Source of the DNA: Saprospiraceae bacterium
Lineage (GTDB): Bacteria > Bacteroidota > Bacteroidia > Chitinophagales > Saprospiraceae
DNA: 64,000 nt
Reading direction: 5' to 3'
NCBI GenBank assembly: GCA_016716335.1
Contig: JADJWN010000002.1
Span: forward strand, 123,262 to 187,261
Within the stretch, counting starts at the first letter, position 1, and each line of letters starts with the position of its first letter. The notes under the pieces are model-generated. The model was not told the origin of the DNA and ran no database searches. It saw only the letters and a list, made by a program, of their open reading frames with translations. The translations under genes were made by a program, and so were the position numbers. Positions 39,438-47,702 of the stretch are shown here, piece after piece.

Positions 39438-39647
39438 CTATTGAAGTATTTCGCAAGTCAGCCCCAATTTTTGAATAATAGCTATAATTTCTGTTATTGG
39501 AATGTTCTCGGCTTCAACTCTCAATATCCTGTCGCAATCTTCTAAGTCAAAATTGATTTTGAGTTTTGGAGATATTTCCAGCATCGACAGCTGTACTTTT
39601 TCAGCTACACAAATACAATCTATATGGGTTTTAAAAACTTCAATCAC
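39438..39647 (-). CDS. small hypothetical protein (ferredoxin-like / HMA-like fold suspected)
   Basis: 69 aa, tightly packed in the operon. No metal-binding CxxC motif is present. Confidence 0.4.
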   Translation of the reverse strand: MIEVFKTHIDCICVAEKVQLSMLEISPKLKINFDLEDCDRILRVEAENIPITEIIAIIQKLGLTCEILQ

Positions 39648-39656
39648 AAAATAGAA

Positions 39657-40133
39657 TTATGAAATTTTATAAATGTACTCTTCAATTTCTGATTGTCTTG
39701 TATTAGAAAAGCCTTTATCAGAACCAATTTTAATAAAACCACAACGCTCCAATACTTTTTGAGAGCCGTAATTGTCAAAAGCAACTCGACCGAATAAGTG
39801 TCTGCTGAATTCTATTGATAAAAATAGTTGAAGAGCATTTGTTGCAAAACCCTGACCCCAGTGTTTTTTATCTATCCAATATGTAATTTCATTATCACCG
39901 AACATCACAAATTTTGAAATACTACCAATGATTTGATTGCCCAAAAGAACCGTATGATTGTTAACAGTAGGGTCAGTAAGCAGTCCTTTATATTTTTTAA
40001 TGTATGCTTTTTTATCACTATGGTCGGCAGAATTGAATGCTGCCAAATACTTTGCTTCGTCATCAAGCTGAAACTCAAAAAGTGTTTCGAAGTCGATTAA
40101 CACTGTCTTTCTCAATTGTATTTTACTCTTCAT
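39657..40133 (-). CDS. GNAT-family N-acetyltransferase
   Basis: 158 aa. WIDKKHWGQGFATNALQLFL is a GNAT motif A-like segment. Confidence 0.8.
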   Translation of the reverse strand: MKSKIQLRKTVLIDFETLFEFQLDDEAKYLAAFNSADHSDKKAYIKKYKGLLTDPTVNNHTVLLGNQIIGSISKFVMFGDNEITYWIDKKHWGQGFATNALQLFLSIEFSRHLFGRVAFDNYGSQKVLERCGFIKIGSDKGFSNTRQSEIEEYIYKIS

Positions 40134-40545
40134 TCCCTTTCCTTAGTTTTTTGAATTTGTCAATATTCAAGTGAATGAAACTCCACAAATGCCCGTCTAA
40201 ATCTTCAAGTGTTCTAACTTGCATATAGCCTTCATCAATTATGGCGATTGGTTCTTTTCCACCTGCTTTTATTCCCGTTTCTATGATTTCGTTTACTTTT
40301 TCAAAACACTCCACTGGCAGCGTAAAAGATGCTGAAAGTTGTTTTTGGGTGTCTGATATGGATTTAGCACCGCCAGGATTGAAAAATTCCGTTGTTTGAA
40401 GCATTACCAAGATATGCTCACTCCAAGTCATACAAACTTGATTATCGCCTGTAAACAACGAGTAATTGGAGAAACCCAACTGAGTATAAAAGTTTTTTGA
40501 CTTTTCTAAATCAGTAACGGGCAAGTTGATAAAGATTTGTTTCAT
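40123..40545 (-). CDS. VOC/glyoxalase-family protein
   Basis: 140 aa starting MKQIFINLPVTDLEKSKNFYTQLGF. Confidence 0.75.
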   Translation of the reverse strand: MKQIFINLPVTDLEKSKNFYTQLGFSNYSLFTGDNQVCMTWSEHILVMLQTTEFFNPGGAKSISDTQKQLSASFTLPVECFEKVNEIIETGIKAGGKEPIAIIDEGYMQVRTLEDLDGHLWSFIHLNIDKFKKLRKGNEE

Positions 40546-41135
40546 TTTTCAGCGATTAGTTTTTCTAATACTACTTTTCCTTTAGGAGATATTTCATAAC
40601 CAACAGTGTGGCTGATAGTTAAACCTAAGTTTTTTAGCTTTCTTATATTCAGTTTAAGCCATTCTTTTTCAAAGCCAGTGAGTTTGGCAATTCCAATAGC
40701 GTGCATATTTGGATGGTCGTTAATCGTCAAAAGAATTTGCCTTGTCCAATCACCTTTTTTGCTGTGTTTATCCAAACTTTTCAATTTTTTTATAATGTCA
40801 TTAATTTCTTGCTCGGATAAGTTTGTATGCTCTCTAAGGCTTATTCTTGGGTCTTCGGAATAGTAGCTGATATTAATTCGATAAATGACACCATTGCTGT
40901 TTTTTGGGAAAGATTTTAGTAATTGTTCTTTGGAAGCAAAGCCTGCATTTATTGCATCTGCTTTATTTATGTCACTTTCTGCAATAACTTCTATACTTTT
41001 AATTTCAATCAGGCCAATAGACGTGTGCATCCGTATACCAACCTTTATGGATGGTTTTTGCCACTTTCGGAAAGCCAAAGTGATTGCACCGCTTTTGATT
41101 CCGTGTAGATGAACTTCTTTGAATAACATTTTCAA
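40542..41135 (-). CDS. hypothetical protein, ASCH-like N-terminus plus a winged-helix C-terminus
   Basis: 197 aa. The N-terminal HLHGIKSGAITLAFRKW is ASCH-like. This is a low-certainty call. Confidence 0.4.
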   Translation of the reverse strand: MKMLFKEVHLHGIKSGAITLAFRKWQKPSIKVGIRMHTSIGLIEIKSIEVIAESDINKADAINAGFASKEQLLKSFPKNSNGVIYRINISYYSEDPRISLREHTNLSEQEINDIIKKLKSLDKHSKKGDWTRQILLTINDHPNMHAIGIAKLTGFEKEWLKLNIRKLKNLGLTISHTVGYEISPKGKVVLEKLIAEK

Positions 41136-41974
41136 AGGCTTTTTAGATATTCAACTAAGTCTAAGGGTTTCCTTCTAAGCAATTTCTCAATAGTATTTGA
41201 TGTATGTGAAAACTCACCTGCCTTAATTCCATTTGCCATACTTACCAATAATTCTACAATTGCTAAAGGGATTTGATAGCTAATCAATTCTTCTTTAAAT
41301 AAGTTATCAGCTATATCAATATGTTTCATTTCAGGACTTATCAACTTTGCCAATTCGTCAAAAGTATAGGCTCTGTTTCCTGTAATTTCGTAAATTTGGT
41401 TTTGGTGCGTGTTTTCGGTCAGTACGTTTGCAATGGCTTCCGCAATATCTGTCCTTGAAACAAAACTTACTTTTCCGCTTCCCGATGGATAACGGATTTC
41501 GTTTGTCTGCAAAGCGTTTCCAATTAGTTCGGGTATGGCTTCCATATACATACTGTTTCTGAAAAACGTGTAAGGGATTTTTGTTGCCTTAATCAATTCT
41601 TCAGTATGGTATTGTGCTTCTGTACCTTGGAATAAGGTATTGGGTCGGGCTTGAACCATACTTGTGTAAACAATGTGCTTTATGTTATTTTCAGCCATTG
41701 CTTTTACTACATTTTTTTCCTGCCGTTTGGCTGTTTCTATATCTACTCCAATCGTAGATATTTGCAATGCTTTTTCTACTCCTTTAAAAGCTTGAATAAG
41801 CGTACCGTATTTATTGTAATCGGCTTGTCTGATAATTAGCCCCTTTTGTTTAAAATCGCTTACCTTTTCAGGGTTTCTAACAATAGCAACGATGTTTGTC
41901 GGTGCTACTTTCTGCAATAAAAATTGAATGGCAGCTTTTCCTAAATGTCCGCTTGCTCCTGTTATTGCTATCAT
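41132..41974 (-). CDS. NmrA-like / atypical SDR NAD(P)H-binding protein
   Basis: 280 aa. MIAITGASGHLGKAAIQFLL is a Rossmann GxxGxxG motif. Confidence 0.8.
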   Translation of the reverse strand: MIAITGASGHLGKAAIQFLLQKVAPTNIVAIVRNPEKVSDFKQKGLIIRQADYNKYGTLIQAFKGVEKALQISTIGVDIETAKRQEKNVVKAMAENNIKHIVYTSMVQARPNTLFQGTEAQYHTEELIKATKIPYTFFRNSMYMEAIPELIGNALQTNEIRYPSGSGKVSFVSRTDIAEAIANVLTENTHQNQIYEITGNRAYTFDELAKLISPEMKHIDIADNLFKEELISYQIPLAIVELLVSMANGIKAGEFSHTSNTIEKLLRRKPLDLVEYLKSL

Positions 41975-41994
41975 ATACTTTATCAGGTTATTAT

Positions 41995-42363
41995 TTAATT
42001 TCTAATAAGTGAATTTTCAATTTCCTTCATCCTTGCTAAAACCAATTTCTCAATAATCTTTTTGGGAATAGGCTGTTCTGCACTAAACCGAATTACCGTG
42101 TTTGAGTAATCCAGATGGGAAATTTCCTTCTCTAATTCTTTCAACACCTTGCCTTCCATAATGAAAAAAGACAAATGTGCTTTTGATGACCTAAATCCAA
42201 AGGCTCGCTTCCCTTTGTAGTAAAAGAAAGGAACGCCACGGCTAAGGCGTTCTTCCATTTCAGGAACCAGTTCAAGGATTTGATTTCTTAATGTTGCCAA
42301 TACTTCTTTTTCGTGTGTTGGCAATTTTTCTAAATAGTCTAAAACAACATTCTTGCTATTCAT
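41995..42363 (-). CDS. DUF1801 (YdhG-like) domain protein
   Basis: 122 aa with sequence typical of that family. Confidence 0.55.
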   Translation of the reverse strand: MNSKNVVLDYLEKLPTHEKEVLATLRNQILELVPEMEERLSRGVPFFYYKGKRAFGFRSSKAHLSFFIMEGKVLKELEKEISHLDYSNTVIRFSAEQPIPKKIIEKLVLARMKEIENSLIRN

Positions 42364-43142
42364 CAGTTTAGTTTCAGGAAGTTAAAAATAGGTTTTGCTA
42401 TTTCGTTGGCAGATAAGCCATACGTTGGGTTTTCAAGAACCGCCAGTTTGCAATCGCTTAGGTGTGATGCCACATCTTCGGCAGTTGTCAAACCGTAATG
42501 GGAAGTAATTATAAGTGTTGGAACTTTTATTTTTTTCAAAAGTTCTACTGGTGTGAGTCCGTTATCCAGCATTGCATAATCAACGGGTAGTGTAATGCTA
42601 TTTGCAACGGCTTGTTTCCCACTCTCTGAAACAATAAACTCATCAAGTTCTTTATCACTCATGCCAAAATCTTTGAGAAAAAATTTAACTGCCCCAATCC
42701 TATCGTTTTGATTGAGCAGTTCAATAATCCTTTTATGCTCAATGGCAAACTTTGCTGCTTCTTGCTTATCGTTTTCTGAATTAGGCGTAAAAGGAATATC
42801 CGAAATGATGAGTTTAGAAATCTTCAAGCCTTTTGCAACCGCTCTAATAGCTAAGGCTGAACCTGCTGAGTGTCCATAAAGTATGGGAGCTTCATCACAC
42901 AAAGAAACTATGGCTTCCAAATCTTGTAACTCTGTTTCAATAGTGTGGTTTGTAGAATTGCTGCTTTCGCCACGATTCCTTCTATCGTAGTTGAATACCG
43001 TTAGCTTTTGTGCAAGTTCGGTTGCTAATGGCACATACATTTGATGGTCTGCCAAAGAACCGCCAACTATAATCAATGGCTTGCCGATGCCTGATTTTTC
43101 ATAGGCTATTTGTGTGCCGTCTTTTGAAATTACGAGCTTCAT
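42363..43142 (-). CDS. alpha/beta hydrolase
   Basis: 259 aa. The nucleophile elbow is GHSAG. Confidence 0.8.
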   Translation of the reverse strand: MKLVISKDGTQIAYEKSGIGKPLIIVGGSLADHQMYVPLATELAQKLTVFNYDRRNRGESSNSTNHTIETELQDLEAIVSLCDEAPILYGHSAGSALAIRAVAKGLKISKLIISDIPFTPNSENDKQEAAKFAIEHKRIIELLNQNDRIGAVKFFLKDFGMSDKELDEFIVSESGKQAVANSITLPVDYAMLDNGLTPVELLKKIKVPTLIITSHYGLTTAEDVASHLSDCKLAVLENPTYGLSANEIAKPIFNFLKLN

Positions 43143-43159
43143 TCTGATATTCTTTTAAT

Positions 43160-43555
43160 CTACCAATTTCCTTCACCTTGGTTTACCCATTCAACCAATT
43201 CAATGACTACACCATTTGGGTCTGTTATCATAAAAAGTTTTTCGCCCCACTCTTCGGTTTGTAATGGCATTGAGATGGGAACACCTGCCAAACGAAGTCT
43301 TTCTTCTTCGGCTTCAAGATTGGTTGTTACAAAGGCGAGTATAGTTCCTGCTACCGTTACATTCCGTAAAAATTCAGGAAGTACTTCAATGCCCTTTTGC
43401 ATGTAAATAACATTGATGCCTGACGTTTCATGAATGAGCGAGGCAAAACCGTCAGCCGCCATTTTTTCCTTAAAACCAAAATGTTTGATTAAGAACTCGC
43501 TTGAGGTTTTTACATTGTCCACTGTAAGTGAAACGGAGAGTGATGAAATATTCAT
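43160..43555 (-). CDS. VOC/glyoxalase-family protein
   Basis: The likely start is MNISSLSVSLTVDNVKTSSEF at 43555. Confidence 0.7.
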   Translation of the reverse strand: MNISSLSVSLTVDNVKTSSEFLIKHFGFKEKMAADGFASLIHETSGINVIYMQKGIEVLPEFLRNVTVAGTILAFVTTNLEAEEERLRLAGVPISMPLQTEEWGEKLFMITDPNGVVIELVEWVNQGEGNW

Positions 43556-43624
43556 TATTCTTTTTTTAATTAGAATGCAAATATCACTCTTTGTGAAACC
43601 GTAAAATTGTATCAAAACGACATT

Positions 43625-44434
43625 CTAATCTTTGCTTTCTTGAAGAATTAAATTTTGAAAATATGCCTTTGGATTTAAGCCAGTAAATTCCTTAAAATGT
43701 CGGTTAAGGTGAGCTTGGTCGTAGTAGCCTACGTCAAGGGCAATGTCTATTAGCTTGCTTTCCGATTTATTCACAATAAGTGAAGCATTGGCAATGAACC
43801 GTTCAAATCTCTTAATTTTTAAATAGGTTTTTGCCGAAAAACCTGTCAATTCTTTGAAGTTTCTTTCAAACTGTCGTTGAGACAAAAAGGAATTGGCGAC
43901 TAATTCAGGAACTGAATTAATATGGGTTTGGTCTATTGACAAAATGAGTTTTTCAACGGATAAGTATTTGAGATGTAACTCTTTTAATCTGTTATTGAAA
44001 AAGTCTGTTGCAATGATTGTCTTTTGTTCAAAACTTCGGGCTTCATAAATCTTCTCTGATAGCTCATTACCTTGATACCCCAATATGCTATTTATATCAA
44101 CTGTTTGCTGCGATAACTCATTAGCTGGTATTCTAAGTAAAGTTAGTGCAGCAAGGGGCGAAAAAGTTATACCAAATATTGAGCTTCTGGGTACAGCAGC
44201 AATATAATGTTTAAAGGAAGTTGATTGACCATAAAAACTGCTCCTTGAAACAGGTTCTTCCTTGCCGTCTTGTTTAAGTGAATAAATACCCTGGTCAAAA
44301 AACAGCAGTTCGATTTTACTTGTCGCCACTGAATGATAGACATTTGGTCGTTGAGGTAAGTCCAAGTCGTCACCCCACCAAAATGTGTCAATATATTTTT
44401 TTAAGTGGTCCGGTGGTCTGATTGTTTGGTACAT
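43625..44434 (-). CDS. AraC-family transcriptional regulator
   Basis: 269 aa. The C-terminal HTH reads ..IDIALDVGYYDQAHLNRHFKEFTGLNP. Confidence 0.8.
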   Translation of the reverse strand: MYQTIRPPDHLKKYIDTFWWGDDLDLPQRPNVYHSVATSKIELLFFDQGIYSLKQDGKEEPVSRSSFYGQSTSFKHYIAAVPRSSIFGITFSPLAALTLLRIPANELSQQTVDINSILGYQGNELSEKIYEARSFEQKTIIATDFFNNRLKELHLKYLSVEKLILSIDQTHINSVPELVANSFLSQRQFERNFKELTGFSAKTYLKIKRFERFIANASLIVNKSESKLIDIALDVGYYDQAHLNRHFKEFTGLNPKAYFQNLILQESKD

Positions 44435-44488
44435 TCAAATTTTTAGCTTGTCGAGTTTCTTGTTGTGTCGTCTTTTACAATGCCCGCT

Positions 44489-46210
44489 AACGTCAGACTG
44501 TGAAAAAACTGCCCCGCCTGTCCAAAATTATCCTTACAAAGATAGGTTTAAAAATATAATCATTTCATATATTTACAAAAAATTATATATGTTGATATTG
44601 CGAGGACAAGACAGGTATCAGATGCAGTTTTATACTCTTGAAGACAGGATTGCTCCGGACAATCCTGTAAGATTTGTGGATGCCTTCGTAGATAAAATAG
44701 ATCCGGATAAGCTGGGATTTGCAGTACGTACTGTCAAGACAGAAGGTCGCCCGGCGTATGAGTCAAAATTATTTCTGAAAATATATTTGTACGGCTATCT
44801 GAATGGTATCAGATCAAGCCGGAAGCTGGAGCGAGAGTGCGGACGCAATACCGAGCTGCAATGGCTTACGGGCAATCTGCAGCCCAATTATCACAGCATT
44901 GCGGATTTTCGTAAGGATAATCCGAAAGCACTCAAAGGGTTGTTTAAACTCTTTTGTATTGTTTCTAAAAAAAGAAGCAGAGTTAGTAGCAGGAGAAGTA
45001 GTAGCCATAGATGGTGCCAAAGTCAGAGCGAGCAATAGTAAAAAAGAATAATTACAGTCAGAAGAAAATAGAACGGCATTTTGGCGTATATAGAAGAAAA
45101 GATGAACGAGTATCTGGAACAGTTAGAAGCCAATGATAAGCAGGAAGAGACAGAGAAAATCAATCAAATACAAGAGAAAATAGAAAGACTGAAAGTTAGC
45201 AAGATAAGGTATGAATATCTGGAAGGAGCATTGCAGCAAAGCGGCGACACCCAGCTATCTACAACGGATGCAGATGCCGGGCTCTGCTGGTACAAGGGCA
45301 GGTAGTGGAAGTAAGCTACAATGTACAGGCTGCAGTGGATGAAAAGCATAAATTGGTAATAGGTACCCAAACCATCAATCGCAACGACAGGAATGCACTG
45401 AGTGATATAGCGACAGAGAGCAAAGAAAATATGGGCTCCGAACAAATCACCGTATTGGCTGACAAAGGGTATCACAACGGGGAGAGATCAGTAAGTGTAC
45501 AGAAGCCGGCATTACGACGATAGTAGCCCCGTCAGAGATAGTCAACAGTAATGATAAAGGCACCACACCGGAGTATCTGTGGATAAGTTTAAGTATGATG
45601 AAAGCACCGATAGCTACACCTGTCCGCAAGGAGAGAAACTGGAGACCAAAGGCACGTGGCACAAAAAGACCAGAGACCGGGACAGCTACCAATACAAAAA
45701 ATACCGTACACCTGCCTGTAAGACCTGTCCGGTAAAGCATTTGTGTACGGGCAGGGCCAAAGGAGGCAGAGAAATTGAAAGATCAGAATATGCCCCAGCC
45801 GTACAAGCCAACAATCAACGGTATAAAGAAAATACGGCACTGTACAGAAAACGACAAGAGATCAACGAGCACATATTTGGAACGATAAAACGAGGGTGGG
45901 GTTATGGACACACCAACCTGCGGGGACTGGAAAAGTGAATGGGGAATATGCCCTGATAATGACGGTATATAATATGAAGCGGAGCATGCATATTCTGGGT
46001 ATGCCCGAAATTCCTGAAAACTCAAAACTGGAAACCGGACTACGAAAAGTAGTCAAATTTCCCCTAAAAATCATTTTAGAGCATATGATGTATTACAGAT
46101 GGTCACGATAAATATTTTGGTAGCATAAATAGCCCTAAAACGCATCTATCAGGAAGCCATATAGAGGGCCATAGAAAGCAAAAAATTGAGTTTTTTCACA
46201 GCCTGACGTT
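44489..46210 (+). mobile_element. IS1182-family insertion sequence, decayed copy (transposase in at least six fragments)
   Basis: Near-identical to 34668-36390. At least eight single-base indels separate them, most in homopolymers. It is preceded by the CCGCTAAC core (44484-44491). Confidence 0.85.
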
Positions 46211-46333
46211 TTGGCGCTTGGCGCAGTGGCGGATTTCGGAGCACAAAATTGTCAATACACCACAAATGTTGATGCGAGGCGGAATGTTCAATTAACCACG
46301 TCACCCGCCATTGAGCCAAACGCCTGTTAGCGG
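46211..46333. repeat. body and right arm of an attC-like site split by the IS1182 copy
   Basis: With the IS removed, the site reads CCGCTAAC-G-TTTTGGC...TGGCGG ... CCGCCA..GCCAAA-CGCCT-GTTAGCGG. That gives paired outer (8 bp) and inner boxes over about 135 bp. Confidence 0.6.
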
Positions 46334-46344
46334 TTCGGCTTTCT

Positions 46345-47249
46345 TTATGTTGTCGGTAGTTTCTTAGCAATTTTTTTCAAGTTTTTAATTTGTTTGTTTT
46401 CTGTCAATTGGTATTCGTTGAGAAAGTTAAAATAATTGTCCAAGTGGTTTGATTTTTTTGGCTTAGTTAAAACAGTTTTCAATTTCTCGTCATTTGTTAC
46501 TTGAAAGTCATAGCCATATGAGTTCAAAAACATTAAAACTGTCAAATGAAAAAAATGAAGTCTGTCCCAACGTTTTCGTTCTTCTTTCGGAGATAAACTG
46601 TCAAAAAACAAAAACAGCCTGTTAATTTTCGGTGCAATAGTTTTTATCTCATCTAAATACTCCGAAAATGATTTTACACCTGTCGCTGTAATTAAACTGT
46701 CTGCGAGCAAATCAAACTCATTCCTGAAAAAATGGTCGTCAGTTTTGTTGCCGTCAGCATTAAGTCCTTCAAGAAAAGTGAGGTCGCAAAACATTCTCGG
46801 AAATACATTTAGAAATTTTACAAACTCTAAATCTTCTTTTCCTGCAATGGTAGTGTCAAGAAATATCATTTCTTTTTGAATTTTCTTAGTCCACGCAAAA
46901 ATTGCTAAATGTCTGTAAACGAATGAATGAAAGTAATAATGTTTGTTTAAGTAGTCGCCTTCAATGTGTAACCATTCTTCCTGATGTTTATTAGCAAAGT
47001 TCCACATTCTGTGATTGAAATCTTCGCAAGCTGTCAGTAAATGAACTTTGTATTTGGCTAAAACTTCTTTGATTTTTTTTCTTTGGTCAAATTTATGTTC
47101 TGTGTCAAGTTTTGACCGTAATATTTTGGTGTCAATCTAGTTTTGGTTAGCAAAGTCAAGAAAAACACCACAACTGTCGTAATGGCACTGATTATTACTG
47201 GCAGCACTTTTTCGTTCGTCAAAAAATCCATAATATTTAAAAGTGTCAT
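46345..47249 (-). CDS. hypothetical N-terminally membrane-anchored protein, frame broken at an A8 run
   Basis: ORFs 47058..47249 (TM helix) and 46345..47007 join as ..NLTKEKKIKEVLAKYKVHLLTACEDFNHRMWNF.. if the T8 run at 47073-47080 is T9. Confidence 0.5.
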
Positions 47250-47629
47250 AATGCTTGTTGTCTTTTTGGTTAGTGTCGTCTTTTAAGCTGACCACTAACT
47301 TACTTATTTCTACAACAATCTTACGACACACTTGCGGTTTTTCCAAATTTTTCCTCACCAATTCTGATTATTGTCCTTATTTATTCAATCTATCTAAGGT
47401 GCTTACCTTCGGGTAGGTGACTACGGTTATTACAGGGGTTTAATTCCTATTAATGATCATATGCCTTATGATACTGAACTTTTGCAAACCGGCATATGAA
47501 AGATGGGCAATAGTATACTTTCCCCGGTCTTTCGGGGTCACTTGTTATGAGATCTCCATTTCCCGAAGCAGTGACAGGGGCTCCATTATATCTCATTTAC
47601 ATATTTTTAGAGACTTTCGACGATAGACC

Positions 47630-47676
47630 TTCGGAAAATATAATAGCCATCCATGGCATCCGCCAGGATGGCTATT
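47630..47676 (-). terminator. rho-independent terminator after the 2OG-oxygenase gene
   Basis: The stem aatagccatcc / ggatggctatt is followed by a U-rich tract on the minus strand. Confidence 0.6.
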
Positions 47677-47702
47677 GTCCTGTATATACGTAAGTATTAT
47701 TC

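Noticed and set aside
44385-45038. 217-aa ORF that appears to fuse the AraC upstream region to the transposase.
   Set aside because: The first ~68 codons read through the attC-like core and the IS1182 terminal repeat and leader. The real transposase start is the MLILRGQDR Met, and the gene is fragmented further on.
47137-47361. 74-aa minus-strand ORF upstream of the last cassette gene.
   Set aside because: It overlaps the TM-helix ORF 47058..47249 out of frame and has no start context. The other frame joins cleanly to the 220-aa ORF after a homopolymer correction.
47390-47640. tRNA, tmRNA, RNase P, SRP or 6S identity for the hairpin-rich segment.
   Set aside because: None of the hallmarks is present. 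There is no tRNA cloverleaf with a TPsiC box, no GGGGCUGA tmRNA 5' end, no GAGGAAAGUCC RNase P motif and no GGAAGCAGCC SRP motif. It is kept only as an unclassified candidate.
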